64,000 nt of DNA from Bacteroidia bacterium (GCA_965279035.1 OZ257142.1:1088001-1152000); one strand, 5' to 3'. Counted from the first letter of the stretch, positions 40,845 to 50,256 are shown. Numbers and translations: made by a program. Notes: generated by a model from the sequence alone, not told the origin.

Positions 40845-40984
40845 TTCGATATACGACCGCTTCATTATTCGATATACGATTTACGATCGCTTCGCTGTAC
40901 GTGAAAAACTGCAAACTCACCAAATAAAATGGATTCTCTCCCCTCTCCCGAGGAGAGGGGCAGGGGGTGAGGTCAACGAATGCC
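40845..40984 (+). repeat. Dispersed REP-like element, copy E4
   Basis: Begins right after the TAA; aligns with E1 through ...GGGGGTGAGGTCAACGAATGCC. Confidence 0.85.
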
Positions 40985-40999
40985 TGTCCAACTAAATTT

Positions 41000-41041
41000 C
41001 CGTAATTCGTAATTATCAATTCGTAATTATCAATTCGTAAT
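41000..41041 (-). repeat. TCGTAAT/TATCAAT heptamer array (also at 42359-42401 and 43797-43809)
   Basis: cgtaattcgtaattatcaattcgtaattatcaattcgtaat is read directly. Confidence 0.9.
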
Positions 41042-42358
41042 CAGTACTGTCCGGTTAAAGTTTAAATCAGAAAAAAGGAGCGACCATTTCGATCACTCCT
41101 TTTGTGATTATTTTTGAGTTACGACACACCAAAATAATCATGAGTAAAAGTAAATATTTTACCGGACAGCCGATTTACAGTCAACTCCTTTCTTATCTGC
41201 CTCAGACGAAAGTAAAGAACATAGCTGATGAGCATAACGCTGATAGGTATTATAAGAACTTCAGGACTTATACGCACCTAGTAACGATGCTTTACGCAAT
41301 CTTTAATCGGTGTACAGGTATCCGAGAAGTGACCTCAGGCCTACTTGCCTGGGAAGGCAGGATACAGCATTTAGGAATCAACTACTTTCCCAGAAGGAGC
41401 ACGATTTCAGATGCAAATACCAGTCGACCAGCCGATGTCTTTGAAGATATTTACTACTGGCTTTATGACCGATACAAGCATTTTTTACCGGACAGCCGAA
41501 GTAAAATCGCATCCCGGCTTTATATTGTTGACTCGACAACGATTCAGTTGTTTCAGGAAGTTTTGAAAAATGCCGGTCGTAATCCCGCCGATGGTAAGCG
41601 CAAAGGCGGTATTAAGGTGCATACTTTAATGAGGAGTGATCAAGACGTGCCTTGCTTGATAAGGTTCTCTGCTGGAGCTGGAGCCGACAGCCCATTTCTG
41701 CAGAACATACACCTGCAACGTGGGTCCATTGTGGTGTTTGATCGTGGTTATAATGATTACAAGCAATACAACCGTTTCTCGGAAGAAAATGTCACATGGG
41801 TGACCCGATTACGAAACAACACCGTGATCAAAGTCCTGCGGGAAAAGAAAATTTCAGACAAGGAAAAGCAGAACGGAATTTTGCTCGACCAGATTATAGA
41901 AATGGGCCACACCAAGCACAATAACAATACACGAGTGAAGGCACGTCTTATAAAATATGAGGACAAAAAATCGAAGAGGATATTTGAATTCATAACCAAT
42001 AACAATCAATTCAAACCCTCCTCAATCGCACTGTTTTATAAAAATCGTTGGCAGATCGAATCGCTATTTAAGCGTATCAAACAGAACTATCCGATGCAAA
42101 GCTTCCTTGGAGAGAGCGAAAATGCGATCAAAATCCAAATCTGGTGTGCCCTGATCGCTGACCTTGTCTTAAAAATTGTCAAAGCAAGAGCTGGTAAAAA
42201 CTGGTCGTTTTCAAATCTTGCAGCCATGGTCAGGCTACATTTGATGACCTATATCAACCTTTTTGAATTCCTCATCAATCCTGAAAAATCGCTAATTAGA
42301 AATCAAATTAAATCCTTTCAACTGCCATTGTTCCCTCCATAGGGGGCTTTATTTTAAA
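41042..42358 (+). mobile_element. IS4-family element, copy A, lacking its right end and IR
   Basis: Left IR CAGTACTGTCCGGTTAAA; matches copy B until ...TTTTAAA, then switches to the heptamer array. Confidence 0.88.
41140..42342 (+). CDS. IS4-family DDE transposase
   Basis: IVDSTTI, GGIKVH, FDRGY and YKNRWQIESLFKRIKQ (YREK) motifs. Confidence 0.95.
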   Translation: MSKSKYFTGQPIYSQLLSYLPQTKVKNIADEHNADRYYKNFRTYTHLVTMLYAIFNRCTGIREVTSGLLAWEGRIQHLGINYFPRRSTISDANTSRPADVFEDIYYWLYDRYKHFLPDSRSKIASRLYIVDSTTIQLFQEVLKNAGRNPADGKRKGGIKVHTLMRSDQDVPCLIRFSAGAGADSPFLQNIHLQRGSIVVFDRGYNDYKQYNRFSEENVTWVTRLRNNTVIKVLREKKISDKEKQNGILLDQIIEMGHTKHNNNTRVKARLIKYEDKKSKRIFEFITNNNQFKPSSIALFYKNRWQIESLFKRIKQNYPMQSFLGESENAIKIQIWCALIADLVLKIVKARAGKNWSFSNLAAMVRLHLMTYINLFEFLINPEKSLIRNQIKSFQLPLFPP

Positions 42359-42401
42359 CGTAATTATCAATTCGTAATTATCGTAATTATCAATTCGTAA
42401 T

Positions 42402-43796
42402 CAGTACTGTCCGGTTAAAGTTTAAATCAGAAAAAAGGAGCGACCATTTCGATCACTCCTTTTGTGATTATTTTTGAGTTACGACACACCAAAATAATCA
42501 TGAGTAAAAGTAAATATTTTACCGGACAGCCGATTTACAGTCAACTCCTTTCTTATCTGCCTCAGACGAAAGTAAAGAACATAGCTGATGAGCATAACGC
42601 TGATAGGTATTATAAGAACTTCAGGACTTATACGCACCTAGTAACGATGCTTTACGCAATCTTTAATCGGTGTACAGGTATCCGAGAAGTGACCTCAGGC
42701 CTACTTGCCTGGGAAGGCAGGATACAGCATTTAGGAATCAACTACTTTCCCAGAAGGAGCACGATTTCAGATGCAAATACCAGTCGACCAGCCGATGTCT
42801 TTGAAGATATTTACTACTGGCTTTATGACCGATACAAGCATTTTTTACCGGACAGCCGAAGTAAAATCGCATCCCGGCTTTATATTGTTGACTCGACAAC
42901 GATTCAGTTGTTTCAGGAAGTTTTGAAAAATGCCGGTCGTAATCCCGCCGATGGTAAGCGCAAAGGCGGTATTAAGGTGCATACTTTAATGAGGAGTGAT
43001 CAAGACGTGCCTTGCTTGATAAGGTTCTCTGCTGGAGCTGGAGCCGACAGCCCATTTCTGCAGAACATACACCTGCAACGTGGGTCCATTGTGGTGTTTG
43101 ATCGTGGTTATAATGATTACAAGCAATACAACCGTTTCTCGGAAGAAAATGTCACATGGGTGACCCGATTACGAAACAACACCGTGATCAAAGTCCTGCG
43201 GGAAAAGAAAATTTCAGACAAGGAAAAGCAGAACGGAATTTTGCTCGACCAGATTATAGAAATGGGCCACACCAAGCACAATAACAATACACGAGTGAAG
43301 GCACGTCTTATAAAATATGAGGACAAAAAATCGAAGAGGATATTTGAATTCATAACCAATAACAATCAATTCAAACCCTCCTCAATCGCACTGTTTTATA
43401 AAAATCGTTGGCAGATCGAATCGCTATTTAAGCGTATCAAACAGAACTATCCGATGCAAAGCTTCCTTGGAGAGAGCGAAAATGCGATCAAAATCCAAAT
43501 CTGGTGTGCCCTGATCGCTGACCTTGTCTTAAAAATTGTCAAAGCAAGAGCTGGTAAAAACTGGTCGTTTTCAAATCTTGCAGCCATGGTCAGGCTACAT
43601 TTGATGACCTATATCAACCTTTTTGAATTCCTCATCAATCCTGAAAAATCGCTAATTAGAAATCAAATTAAATCCTTTCAACTGCCATTGTTCCCTCCAT
43701 AGGGGGCTTTATTTTAAATAAATACCATCAACACCCGCATTTACTGCAACTACAGAAGGTAAATCATGCAATCTCAATTTTAACCGGACAGTACTG
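42402..43796 (+). mobile_element. IS4-family element, copy B, complete (1395 bp)
   Basis: 18-bp IRs CAGTACTGTCCGGTTAAA; 9-bp target duplication ATTCGTAAT at 42393-42401 and 43797-43805. Confidence 0.95.
42500..43702 (+). CDS. IS4-family DDE transposase
   Basis: Identical translation to copy A. Confidence 0.95.
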   Translation: MSKSKYFTGQPIYSQLLSYLPQTKVKNIADEHNADRYYKNFRTYTHLVTMLYAIFNRCTGIREVTSGLLAWEGRIQHLGINYFPRRSTISDANTSRPADVFEDIYYWLYDRYKHFLPDSRSKIASRLYIVDSTTIQLFQEVLKNAGRNPADGKRKGGIKVHTLMRSDQDVPCLIRFSAGAGADSPFLQNIHLQRGSIVVFDRGYNDYKQYNRFSEENVTWVTRLRNNTVIKVLREKKISDKEKQNGILLDQIIEMGHTKHNNNTRVKARLIKYEDKKSKRIFEFITNNNQFKPSSIALFYKNRWQIESLFKRIKQNYPMQSFLGESENAIKIQIWCALIADLVLKIVKARAGKNWSFSNLAAMVRLHLMTYINLFEFLINPEKSLIRNQIKSFQLPLFPP

Positions 43797-44711
43797 ATTC
43801 GTAATTATCTCCCACACCATTGCAGATCGATCATCACTTCCCGAAATTAGGTAGTTTTTATAGCTTGACCAATGCAGGGAATTTACCGAATTGATGTGTC
43901 CTTGAAATTGAGCGGTGTCGATTCGAAGCAGGAATTCGCAGGTGTTCGCGTCCCAAATTTTGATGGTTTTATCGCGACTTCCCGTTGCAAACAATTCTCC
44001 ATCAGGATGAAATACGATTGAATAGATGGCGTAGTTATGAGCAGGAATACTTTGTACTAGTGAAAAATCATCATTCAAATCCCAAACGTTTAAATGGGCC
44101 TCTTTTGAACCACTTAATAGCCATCTCCCATTGGGATGAAAACAAAGTGCATTCACCGACATTGTATGTGCTTCCCAAGCATGAATGATTTGAAGCGATT
44201 TGCTGCTCAATATTCGAATCTGATTATCACCACAACCAATAGCAATGATACCCGTTGTTTGGGAATATTCGATCGTTCTAATTTTTACTTCGCATAACTG
44301 AACCGAATGAATGCATTGGAAATCATGTACATTCCACACTACAAAATGTCCATCTCCACCGCAACTATATACTTGCTCTGTAAAAGGATTCCAACACAAA
44401 TCATAAACACCTTTGGTATGACCTAATAGGTAGCGTACTTCTGCTTTTTTAATTAAATCAATCACATGAATTCCGCCTTGGTCATTTCCCACCAAAAGCA
44501 AATGAAATTCTGGAATATAGCAAGTACAATAAATCACTCCCGGAGTGTGAGCAAGAACATGCATGGGCTTGAACGTATCGAGCGACCATTCAACAACCAG
44601 TTTATCGCTTCCTGCCGAAAGAAAAGCATTGTTTTCAGGTGCCTGATTCACTGTATAAACAGCACCATCGTGACCTTTTAATTGCTCTATTTTCTTAGCA
44701 AGGATTTTCAT
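43764..44711 (-). CDS. WD40-repeat protein; last 10 residues derive from the IS
   Basis: Multiple GH/AH...WD repeats, e.g. AHNYAIYSIVFHPDGELFATGSRDKTIKIWD. Confidence 0.93.
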   Translation of the reverse strand: MKILAKKIEQLKGHDGAVYTVNQAPENNAFLSAGSDKLVVEWSLDTFKPMHVLAHTPGVIYCTCYIPEFHLLLVGNDQGGIHVIDLIKKAEVRYLLGHTKGVYDLCWNPFTEQVYSCGGDGHFVVWNVHDFQCIHSVQLCEVKIRTIEYSQTTGIIAIGCGDNQIRILSSKSLQIIHAWEAHTMSVNALCFHPNGRWLLSGSKEAHLNVWDLNDDFSLVQSIPAHNYAIYSIVFHPDGELFATGSRDKTIKIWDANTCEFLLRIDTAQFQGHINSVNSLHWSSYKNYLISGSDDRSAMVWEIITNQYCPVKIEIA

Positions 44712-44767
44712 GAAGCAAAGGTAGGCCGAAATTGAAGAGTATTGATTGTATTGCTATGCAGGTTTGT

Positions 44768-44807
44768 TGTCATTTTGTCACCTTTCTCTTGCTGGCACCT
44801 GCTTTGA
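44768..44807 (+). promoter_or_regulatory. Sigma54-like -24/-12 motif with an upstream TGTCA repeat before htpG
   Basis: TGTCAtttTGTCA (44768-44780), then TGGCACctgcTTTGA (44793-44807) with 10 nt between GG and GA. Confidence 0.5.
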
Positions 44808-44840
44808 AAACGCCGCGCTACCAATACTAAACACCGAATT

Positions 44841-46655
44841 ATGTCAAGCGGAAAAATCAACGTAAACACCGAAAACATTTTCCCCATTATTAAAAAATTC
44901 CTGTATTCTGATCATGAGATCTTTTTACGGGAATTAGTTTCTAATGCCGTAGATGCAAGCATGAAACTTCGCACATTATCGGCAACTGGCGAGGCTAAAG
45001 GCGAACTAGGCGATCTCAAAATTGATGTTCGCATAGATGCTGAAAAGAAAACGCTTACCATTTCCGACAAAGGTCTTGGTATGACTGCCGAAGAAATTGA
45101 TAAATACATCAATCAAATTGCCTTTTCAGGTGCCGAAGAATTCGTTGCGAAATACAAAGACAAACCAGAAGCAAATGCCATTATCGGACATTTTGGTCTT
45201 GGATTTTATTCCTCTTTCATGGTGGCTGCCAATGTCGAAATTGTTTCTAAATCGTTTCAAGATGGTGCCGAAGCTGTTCGTTGGGAATGCGATGGAAGTC
45301 CTGATTTTACTTTAACAACGGTTGAAAAAGAAGAACGAGGAACTGATATCATTCTTCATATTGCAGAAGATTCTCTCGAATTTCTCGAAACTGCACGCAT
45401 TCAAACCCTTCTCAATAAATACTGCAAGTTTTTACCAATTCCCATTTGGTTTAACGAAGAGCAAATCAACAACGTTAAACCAGCATGGACGCTTAAGCCA
45501 GCCGATTTAACTGACGAAGATTATAAAGCGTTCTACAAAGAACTTTATCCATACGCCGAAGATCCATTGTTCCACATTCATTTGAATGTTGATTATCCCT
45601 TCAACTTAACGGGGATTTTATATTTCCCTCGCTTGAAGAAAAACTTCGAGATGCAGAAAAATAAAATCCAGCTTTATAGCAATCAGGTATTTGTTACCGA
45701 TTCGGTGGAAGGAATTGTTCCTGACTTCCTCACTTTGCTTCATGGAGTTCTCGATTCACCGGATATTCCATTAAATGTTTCCCGCTCGTATTTACAAAGT
45801 GATGGAAATGTGAAGAAGATTAGCAGTCACATCACTAAGAAAGTAGCTGATAAATTAGAAGACTTATTCAAAACGAATCGTGAAGATTTCGAGGCAAAAT
45901 GGGATGACATCCGCATGTTTATCCAATACGGAATGTTGAGCGATGATAAATTCGGGGAGCGTGCTTTGAAATTCAATCTGCTTAAAAATGTAGAAGGAAA
46001 AAGCTTTACGCATGATGAGTATTTAGATCATGTTCGTCCTTTGCAAACCGATAAAGACGAGAACTTGATTTTGCTTTATGCTGCCAATAAATCGGAGCAA
46101 CATACATTTATCGATGCTGCAATAAATCGTGGTTATGACGTATTGTTGATGGATAGTCCTTTGGATTCTCATCTGGTGAATATGCTCGAAAGCAAATTGG
46201 AGAAAGTTCGTTTTGTTCGAGTGGATGCAGACACTGTCGATAAACTGATTGTGAAAGAGGAACCGCTTCCTTCAAAACTAACTGAAGAAGAACAGGAACG
46301 TCTTAAACCACTAGTAGAAAAGCAAGTGGAAGGAAAAATGTTAAACGTTCAACTTCAATCCATGAGCGAAACCGATGTGCCCGTTTTAATTACTCGCCCT
46401 GAGTTTATGCGTCGTATGAAAGACATGGCTCAAGTTGGTGGCGGAAATCCATTCATGGCCGATATGCCCGACAGCGCTAACCTTGTTATCAATACTAACC
46501 ATCCTTTGATTGGCCGTATTTTGTCGACTGAAAATGCAGATAAACAAGCCAACCTTATTCAACAAGCAACCGATTTAGCTTTGCTTGCTCAAAACATGTT
46601 GAAGGGTGAAGAATTAACTCGATTTATTCGCCGAAGTGTTGAACTGATCGACTAA
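44841..46655 (+). CDS. htpG: Hsp90 chaperone
   Basis: LYSDHEIFLRELVSNAVDA, IIGHFGLGFYSSF and DIPLNVSR motifs. Confidence 0.97.
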   Translation: MSSGKINVNTENIFPIIKKFLYSDHEIFLRELVSNAVDASMKLRTLSATGEAKGELGDLKIDVRIDAEKKTLTISDKGLGMTAEEIDKYINQIAFSGAEEFVAKYKDKPEANAIIGHFGLGFYSSFMVAANVEIVSKSFQDGAEAVRWECDGSPDFTLTTVEKEERGTDIILHIAEDSLEFLETARIQTLLNKYCKFLPIPIWFNEEQINNVKPAWTLKPADLTDEDYKAFYKELYPYAEDPLFHIHLNVDYPFNLTGILYFPRLKKNFEMQKNKIQLYSNQVFVTDSVEGIVPDFLTLLHGVLDSPDIPLNVSRSYLQSDGNVKKISSHITKKVADKLEDLFKTNREDFEAKWDDIRMFIQYGMLSDDKFGERALKFNLLKNVEGKSFTHDEYLDHVRPLQTDKDENLILLYAANKSEQHTFIDAAINRGYDVLLMDSPLDSHLVNMLESKLEKVRFVRVDADTVDKLIVKEEPLPSKLTEEEQERLKPLVEKQVEGKMLNVQLQSMSETDVPVLITRPEFMRRMKDMAQVGGGNPFMADMPDSANLVINTNHPLIGRILSTENADKQANLIQQATDLALLAQNMLKGEELTRFIRRSVELID

Positions 46656-46671
46656 TCTCAATTATTTATTT

Positions 46672-46718
46672 TGAAAGCCCAGTAGAATATACATCATTCT
46701 GCTGGGCTTTCTTTTTTG
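46672..46718 (+). terminator. Rho-independent terminator
   Basis: gaaagcccagtagaat...attctgctgggctttc followed by a T run. Confidence 0.85.
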
Positions 46719-46772
46719 GGATTTTCTCTCGGTGCAATTGGATTTTTGTATTTTGCTCCTTCAACCTACGCC

Positions 46773-47642
46773 ATGAAACAAACTTTTACGTTTTTCTTCA
46801 TCCTATTTCAATTGCTGCTTAATGCGCAAACTCCTTCAAACGAAACTCAACCAGCTGTAAAACCCAAATTATTAAATCAAGCAGATTATCAGTTCGGTGT
46901 TTTTTTCAATGCCTATTCACCTGTATTAACCGATTATTCAACCTTGAAATCGATTGCTGTTAATCCAGCAGAATTAAATCTTCCAGCCAATATCGATTCG
47001 TTTACACGTCGCCCCGACAGTCAAGAAGGAAGTCAAGGAACGGCCATGATAGTATTGTCAACCTCTTTTTCTCCATATAGTAAATCGAAAGAGCGAGTAA
47101 ATCGTCAGCACGCATTTCGTGTTGGACTTTCATTTCGGGATGTGAATACGTATGAAAGTTCATACAATTATTCAATCAACATAAACGATAGCACAACGAA
47201 ATCTCGAGATTATTTTGTCAATGGAAATCAAAAGTTTCTTGGTTTAGAAACCATGTACACTATCAGTTCTGATGATGAAAAACCCGTAAATGTTTACATC
47301 GGATTAGGACTTTCTGCTGGATATTCCATAGCATCCACTTTAGAAGTGAATTCCAACTTGAATACTATATTGAAACAGTTTGATGGAAATAGTCAAACTC
47401 AATTCACTCCCAATAGCTCAATCATTAAAGGGAAAAATGCACTTTATACAGGCGTGTTTATTCCTGCAGGAGTGCATGTTCGAGTAAGGAAAAATTTAGG
47501 TGCTTTAGCGGAATTCCGATATGGAATGTATTCAACTGCAATATCTGGAGGAGGTCCTAAATACTCAAGAAACTCAGTATTTGCTGGTATAGGAATTCGT
47601 TATACGTTTGGTGTGTTCGAAGACAGAAAACCTATCTATTAA
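46773..47642 (+). CDS. Hypothetical outer-membrane beta-barrel protein
   Basis: Signal peptide from ATG 46773; amphipathic strands; GIGIRYTF near the C-terminus. Confidence 0.7.
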   Translation: MKQTFTFFFILFQLLLNAQTPSNETQPAVKPKLLNQADYQFGVFFNAYSPVLTDYSTLKSIAVNPAELNLPANIDSFTRRPDSQEGSQGTAMIVLSTSFSPYSKSKERVNRQHAFRVGLSFRDVNTYESSYNYSININDSTTKSRDYFVNGNQKFLGLETMYTISSDDEKPVNVYIGLGLSAGYSIASTLEVNSNLNTILKQFDGNSQTQFTPNSSIIKGKNALYTGVFIPAGVHVRVRKNLGALAEFRYGMYSTAISGGGPKYSRNSVFAGIGIRYTFGVFEDRKPIY

Positions 47643-47657
47643 TCGTGAAAGAAAGTT

Positions 47658-47897
47658 TTAGTTTGCTTTCCCTTTCCAATTACGGTAAACCATAAATCCA
47701 ATTCCACCTAAAACAAGGTAGGGGATAGACATCAGGTATAGAATGCCTGTGTTTAATCCTCGTCCTACGGTTTTACCACCGTTTTCAATATTCGACTCTA
47801 CAGTTGCTTTACAAATTGCACATTGAGCAGCGGCAGGTTCTTGCATGAGAAAAAATACAAGAACAAGAAATACGAGTATTGATTGAATTTTTTTCAT
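47658..47897 (-). CDS. Small CxxC membrane protein typical of oxidase clusters (AQCxxC type)
   Basis: AQCAICKATVE...GLNTGILYLM. Confidence 0.75.
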   Translation of the reverse strand: MKKIQSILVFLVLVFFLMQEPAAAQCAICKATVESNIENGGKTVGRGLNTGILYLMSIPYLVLGGIGFMVYRNWKGKAN

Positions 47898-47908
47898 GTT
47901 GATCGAAA

Positions 47909-48451
47909 TCACTGAGGGTAATAAGGTGCAATCATCAAGTAAACAACAACTCCTGTGAAAGTAATATAAAGCCAGATCGGAAGTGTGATGCGTGCTATTT
48001 TACGATGCTTGTCAAATTTTTCCGACAGAGCTCTTACATAGGAAATGAGCACAAGTGGAATAATGGCAATTGATAGTAAAATGTGTGAAGCCAAGACAAA
48101 GTAATAGGTGTAAAGCAAAGCTCCACTTCCCGGATGACGCGTAGTTTCGGTTGATAAATGAAATACAACGTAGAATACCAAAAATAACAATGACAAAGCG
48201 ATGGCAGAAGTCATCAAAATGCGGTGAAGCGGGATGTTTTTATTCTTTATGGCAATCAATCCGAAGAATAGAACAAAGAATGTTGTCCCGTTGATAATAG
48301 CGTTTAACAAAGGGAATATATAATAATTGAATTCTCCCAGAATTTCCATTTTAGGAGCTACAGCCAAAATACCTACAACAAGAGGAATGGCAACGCCTGC
48401 AGCAATAATCCAAGGCAGGAATTTTTTTTCTTTTGAAGCAACAATTTCCAT
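47909..48451 (-). CDS. DUF420 (CtaM/YozB-like) membrane protein
   Basis: LNAIING, HRILM, SHILLS and HRKIAR motifs; oxidase cluster context. Confidence 0.88.
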   Translation of the reverse strand: MEIVASKEKKFLPWIIAAGVAIPLVVGILAVAPKMEILGEFNYYIFPLLNAIINGTTFFVLFFGLIAIKNKNIPLHRILMTSAIALSLLFLVFYVVFHLSTETTRHPGSGALLYTYYFVLASHILLSIAIIPLVLISYVRALSEKFDKHRKIARITLPIWLYITFTGVVVYLMIAPYYPQ

Positions 48452-49128
48452 TATCGAATTGGATTCACGTTTTCTTTTTTTGCCAGATTGTATTCGGCAA
48501 TCAACACTTTAATTTCATCAATCAATCGTTTCACATCCTTCATGCTGGTTCCTTCATAAATTCCACGAATATGTTTATCGCGGTCAATGAGAAGCATCAT
48601 ATCGCTATGAAGAAATCCACCCGGTGCAGTAGGGTCTTCCATTGCATTAACCAAAAAGCCTTGATAAGCTAAATCGTAAATTACTTTTTTATCACCTGTG
48701 AGGAAATACCATTTTCCAGGAATAGCTTTGATTTTATTGGAATATTCTTTTAATGCTGCAACAGAATCTTTTGCAGGATCAACAGTGAAAGAAACCAATT
48801 TAAAATCGTTTAGTTTTTTAAAATCGTCTTCGTCCTGAACTTTCTTCATCAAGGTTTGCATTGCTGGACAAATGCTCGGGCACGAAGTGAAAAAGAAATT
48901 GGCGACATAGATCTTGCCTTGAAGATCTTTGTCGCCAAAAAGTTTCCCATCTTGATCAGTAAACTGAAAAGGTGGTATGCTGTGATATGTTGTGTCTCCT
49001 TCTTTCACTCCTGGAATCTTCTCACCGAAGTATCCAAGTTTCTTGATGTTGTGTTTTCCTGTTGTAAGCACTAGGTATGCAACCGAGGGCACTAACAAGA
49101 TCATCAGAAGGATGACTATTTTTTTCAC
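48451..49128 (-). CDS. SCO1/SenC copper chaperone
   Basis: FFFTSCPSICP (CxxxC), SFTVDP and the conserved His in FLHSD. Confidence 0.93.
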   Translation of the reverse strand: MKKIVILLMILLVPSVAYLVLTTGKHNIKKLGYFGEKIPGVKEGDTTYHSIPPFQFTDQDGKLFGDKDLQGKIYVANFFFTSCPSICPAMQTLMKKVQDEDDFKKLNDFKLVSFTVDPAKDSVAALKEYSNKIKAIPGKWYFLTGDKKVIYDLAYQGFLVNAMEDPTAPGGFLHSDMMLLIDRDKHIRGIYEGTSMKDVKRLIDEIKVLIAEYNLAKKENVNPIR

Positions 49129-49129
49129 G

Positions 49130-49513
49130 TTATTTCAATAAGGCCTGAAAGTATTGTAGGATGTGTTCTCCTTCGTAAAGAGCAATAAAAATCAGGTAAA
49201 CAACTAACACCATCGGCAACAGAATTGTTGTACGAAGATTTTTACGTTCATCTCCCAAGTGCATAAACACTAATACAATGTATCCAGCTTTAATTAATGT
49301 TAAAACGATATACATCCATTTGATAAGTGTCCAAGTGCTTGCACTCACATGTGATTGAGAAAAGAAGATCCCAATCGCAACTTCAAAAATGGTGATGGCA
49401 GAAAGCAAGAGTGTTACAAAAATAATTTTCTTGCGAACAGCACGACTTTGTTCTGGTGTACGAGCACCATGTCCGGCACTGTATTCGAATGATTGATCAA
49501 CAGATTGTTCCAT
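49130..49513 (-). CDS. Cytochrome c oxidase subunit IV family
   Basis: KAGYIVLVFMHL motif; three TM helices; start MEQSV. Confidence 0.88.
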   Translation of the reverse strand: MEQSVDQSFEYSAGHGARTPEQSRAVRKKIIFVTLLLSAITIFEVAIGIFFSQSHVSASTWTLIKWMYIVLTLIKAGYIVLVFMHLGDERKNLRTTILLPMVLVVYLIFIALYEGEHILQYFQALLK

Positions 49514-49533
49514 AGCAGCGTTGAATATTTTGA

Positions 49534-50256
49534 TCAGAGCAGGTAGAAAAATGTAAATACGAAAACCCAAACAAGGTCTACAAAGTGCCAGTAAAGACCT
49601 GCTTTTTCAACCATTTCATAGTGTCCTCGTTTTTCGAATTCGCCATCAGCAGCTTGTTTTAAGATGATGGCATTAATCACAACACCTGAAAATACATGGA
49701 AACCATGGAATCCAGTAATGAAGAAAAAGAAGTCGGCAAATTGAGTATGTCCGTATTCGTTGTATTGAAGATTCGCACCTTGAACAAGAACGTCAGTTGG
49801 AACACCATCAACAATCACATTTTTCATCACACCTTCACCACCAACGATGAATGTATACCACTCCCATGCTTGTGAACCAAGGAATATTAAACCACCAACA
49901 ACAGTAAGTGCTAACCAAAATACCACACCTTTTTTATTGTTGGTATGACCAGCATCAACAGCAAGAACCATTGTTACGCTGGAAATAATCAAAATAAACG
50001 TCATCATCCCTACATAAAGCAAAGGAAGATGAGCATGTGTAAATGGAAAGTGATGAAATACTTTCTCAACCAAAGGCCAACTTTCGGCATGCACGTGACG
50101 CGCATAACCTAAAGCAATCAGTAATGAAGAAAATGAAAAGGCATCTGAGAGTAGGAAAAACCACATCATCAGTTTTCCGTAACTCGCGCCAAAAGGAGAA
50201 GTGCCTCCTCCCCATAATTGTTTCGATGGAATTTCGACCGTTGCTGAATGAGCCAT
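49534..50256 (-). CDS. Heme-copper oxidase subunit III
   Basis: MWFFLLSD, QAWEW, TGFHGFHV and GLYWHFVDLVW motifs. Confidence 0.93.
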   Translation of the reverse strand: MAHSATVEIPSKQLWGGGTSPFGASYGKLMMWFFLLSDAFSFSSLLIALGYARHVHAESWPLVEKVFHHFPFTHAHLPLLYVGMMTFILIISSVTMVLAVDAGHTNNKKGVVFWLALTVVGGLIFLGSQAWEWYTFIVGGEGVMKNVIVDGVPTDVLVQGANLQYNEYGHTQFADFFFFITGFHGFHVFSGVVINAIILKQAADGEFEKRGHYEMVEKAGLYWHFVDLVWVFVFTFFYLL

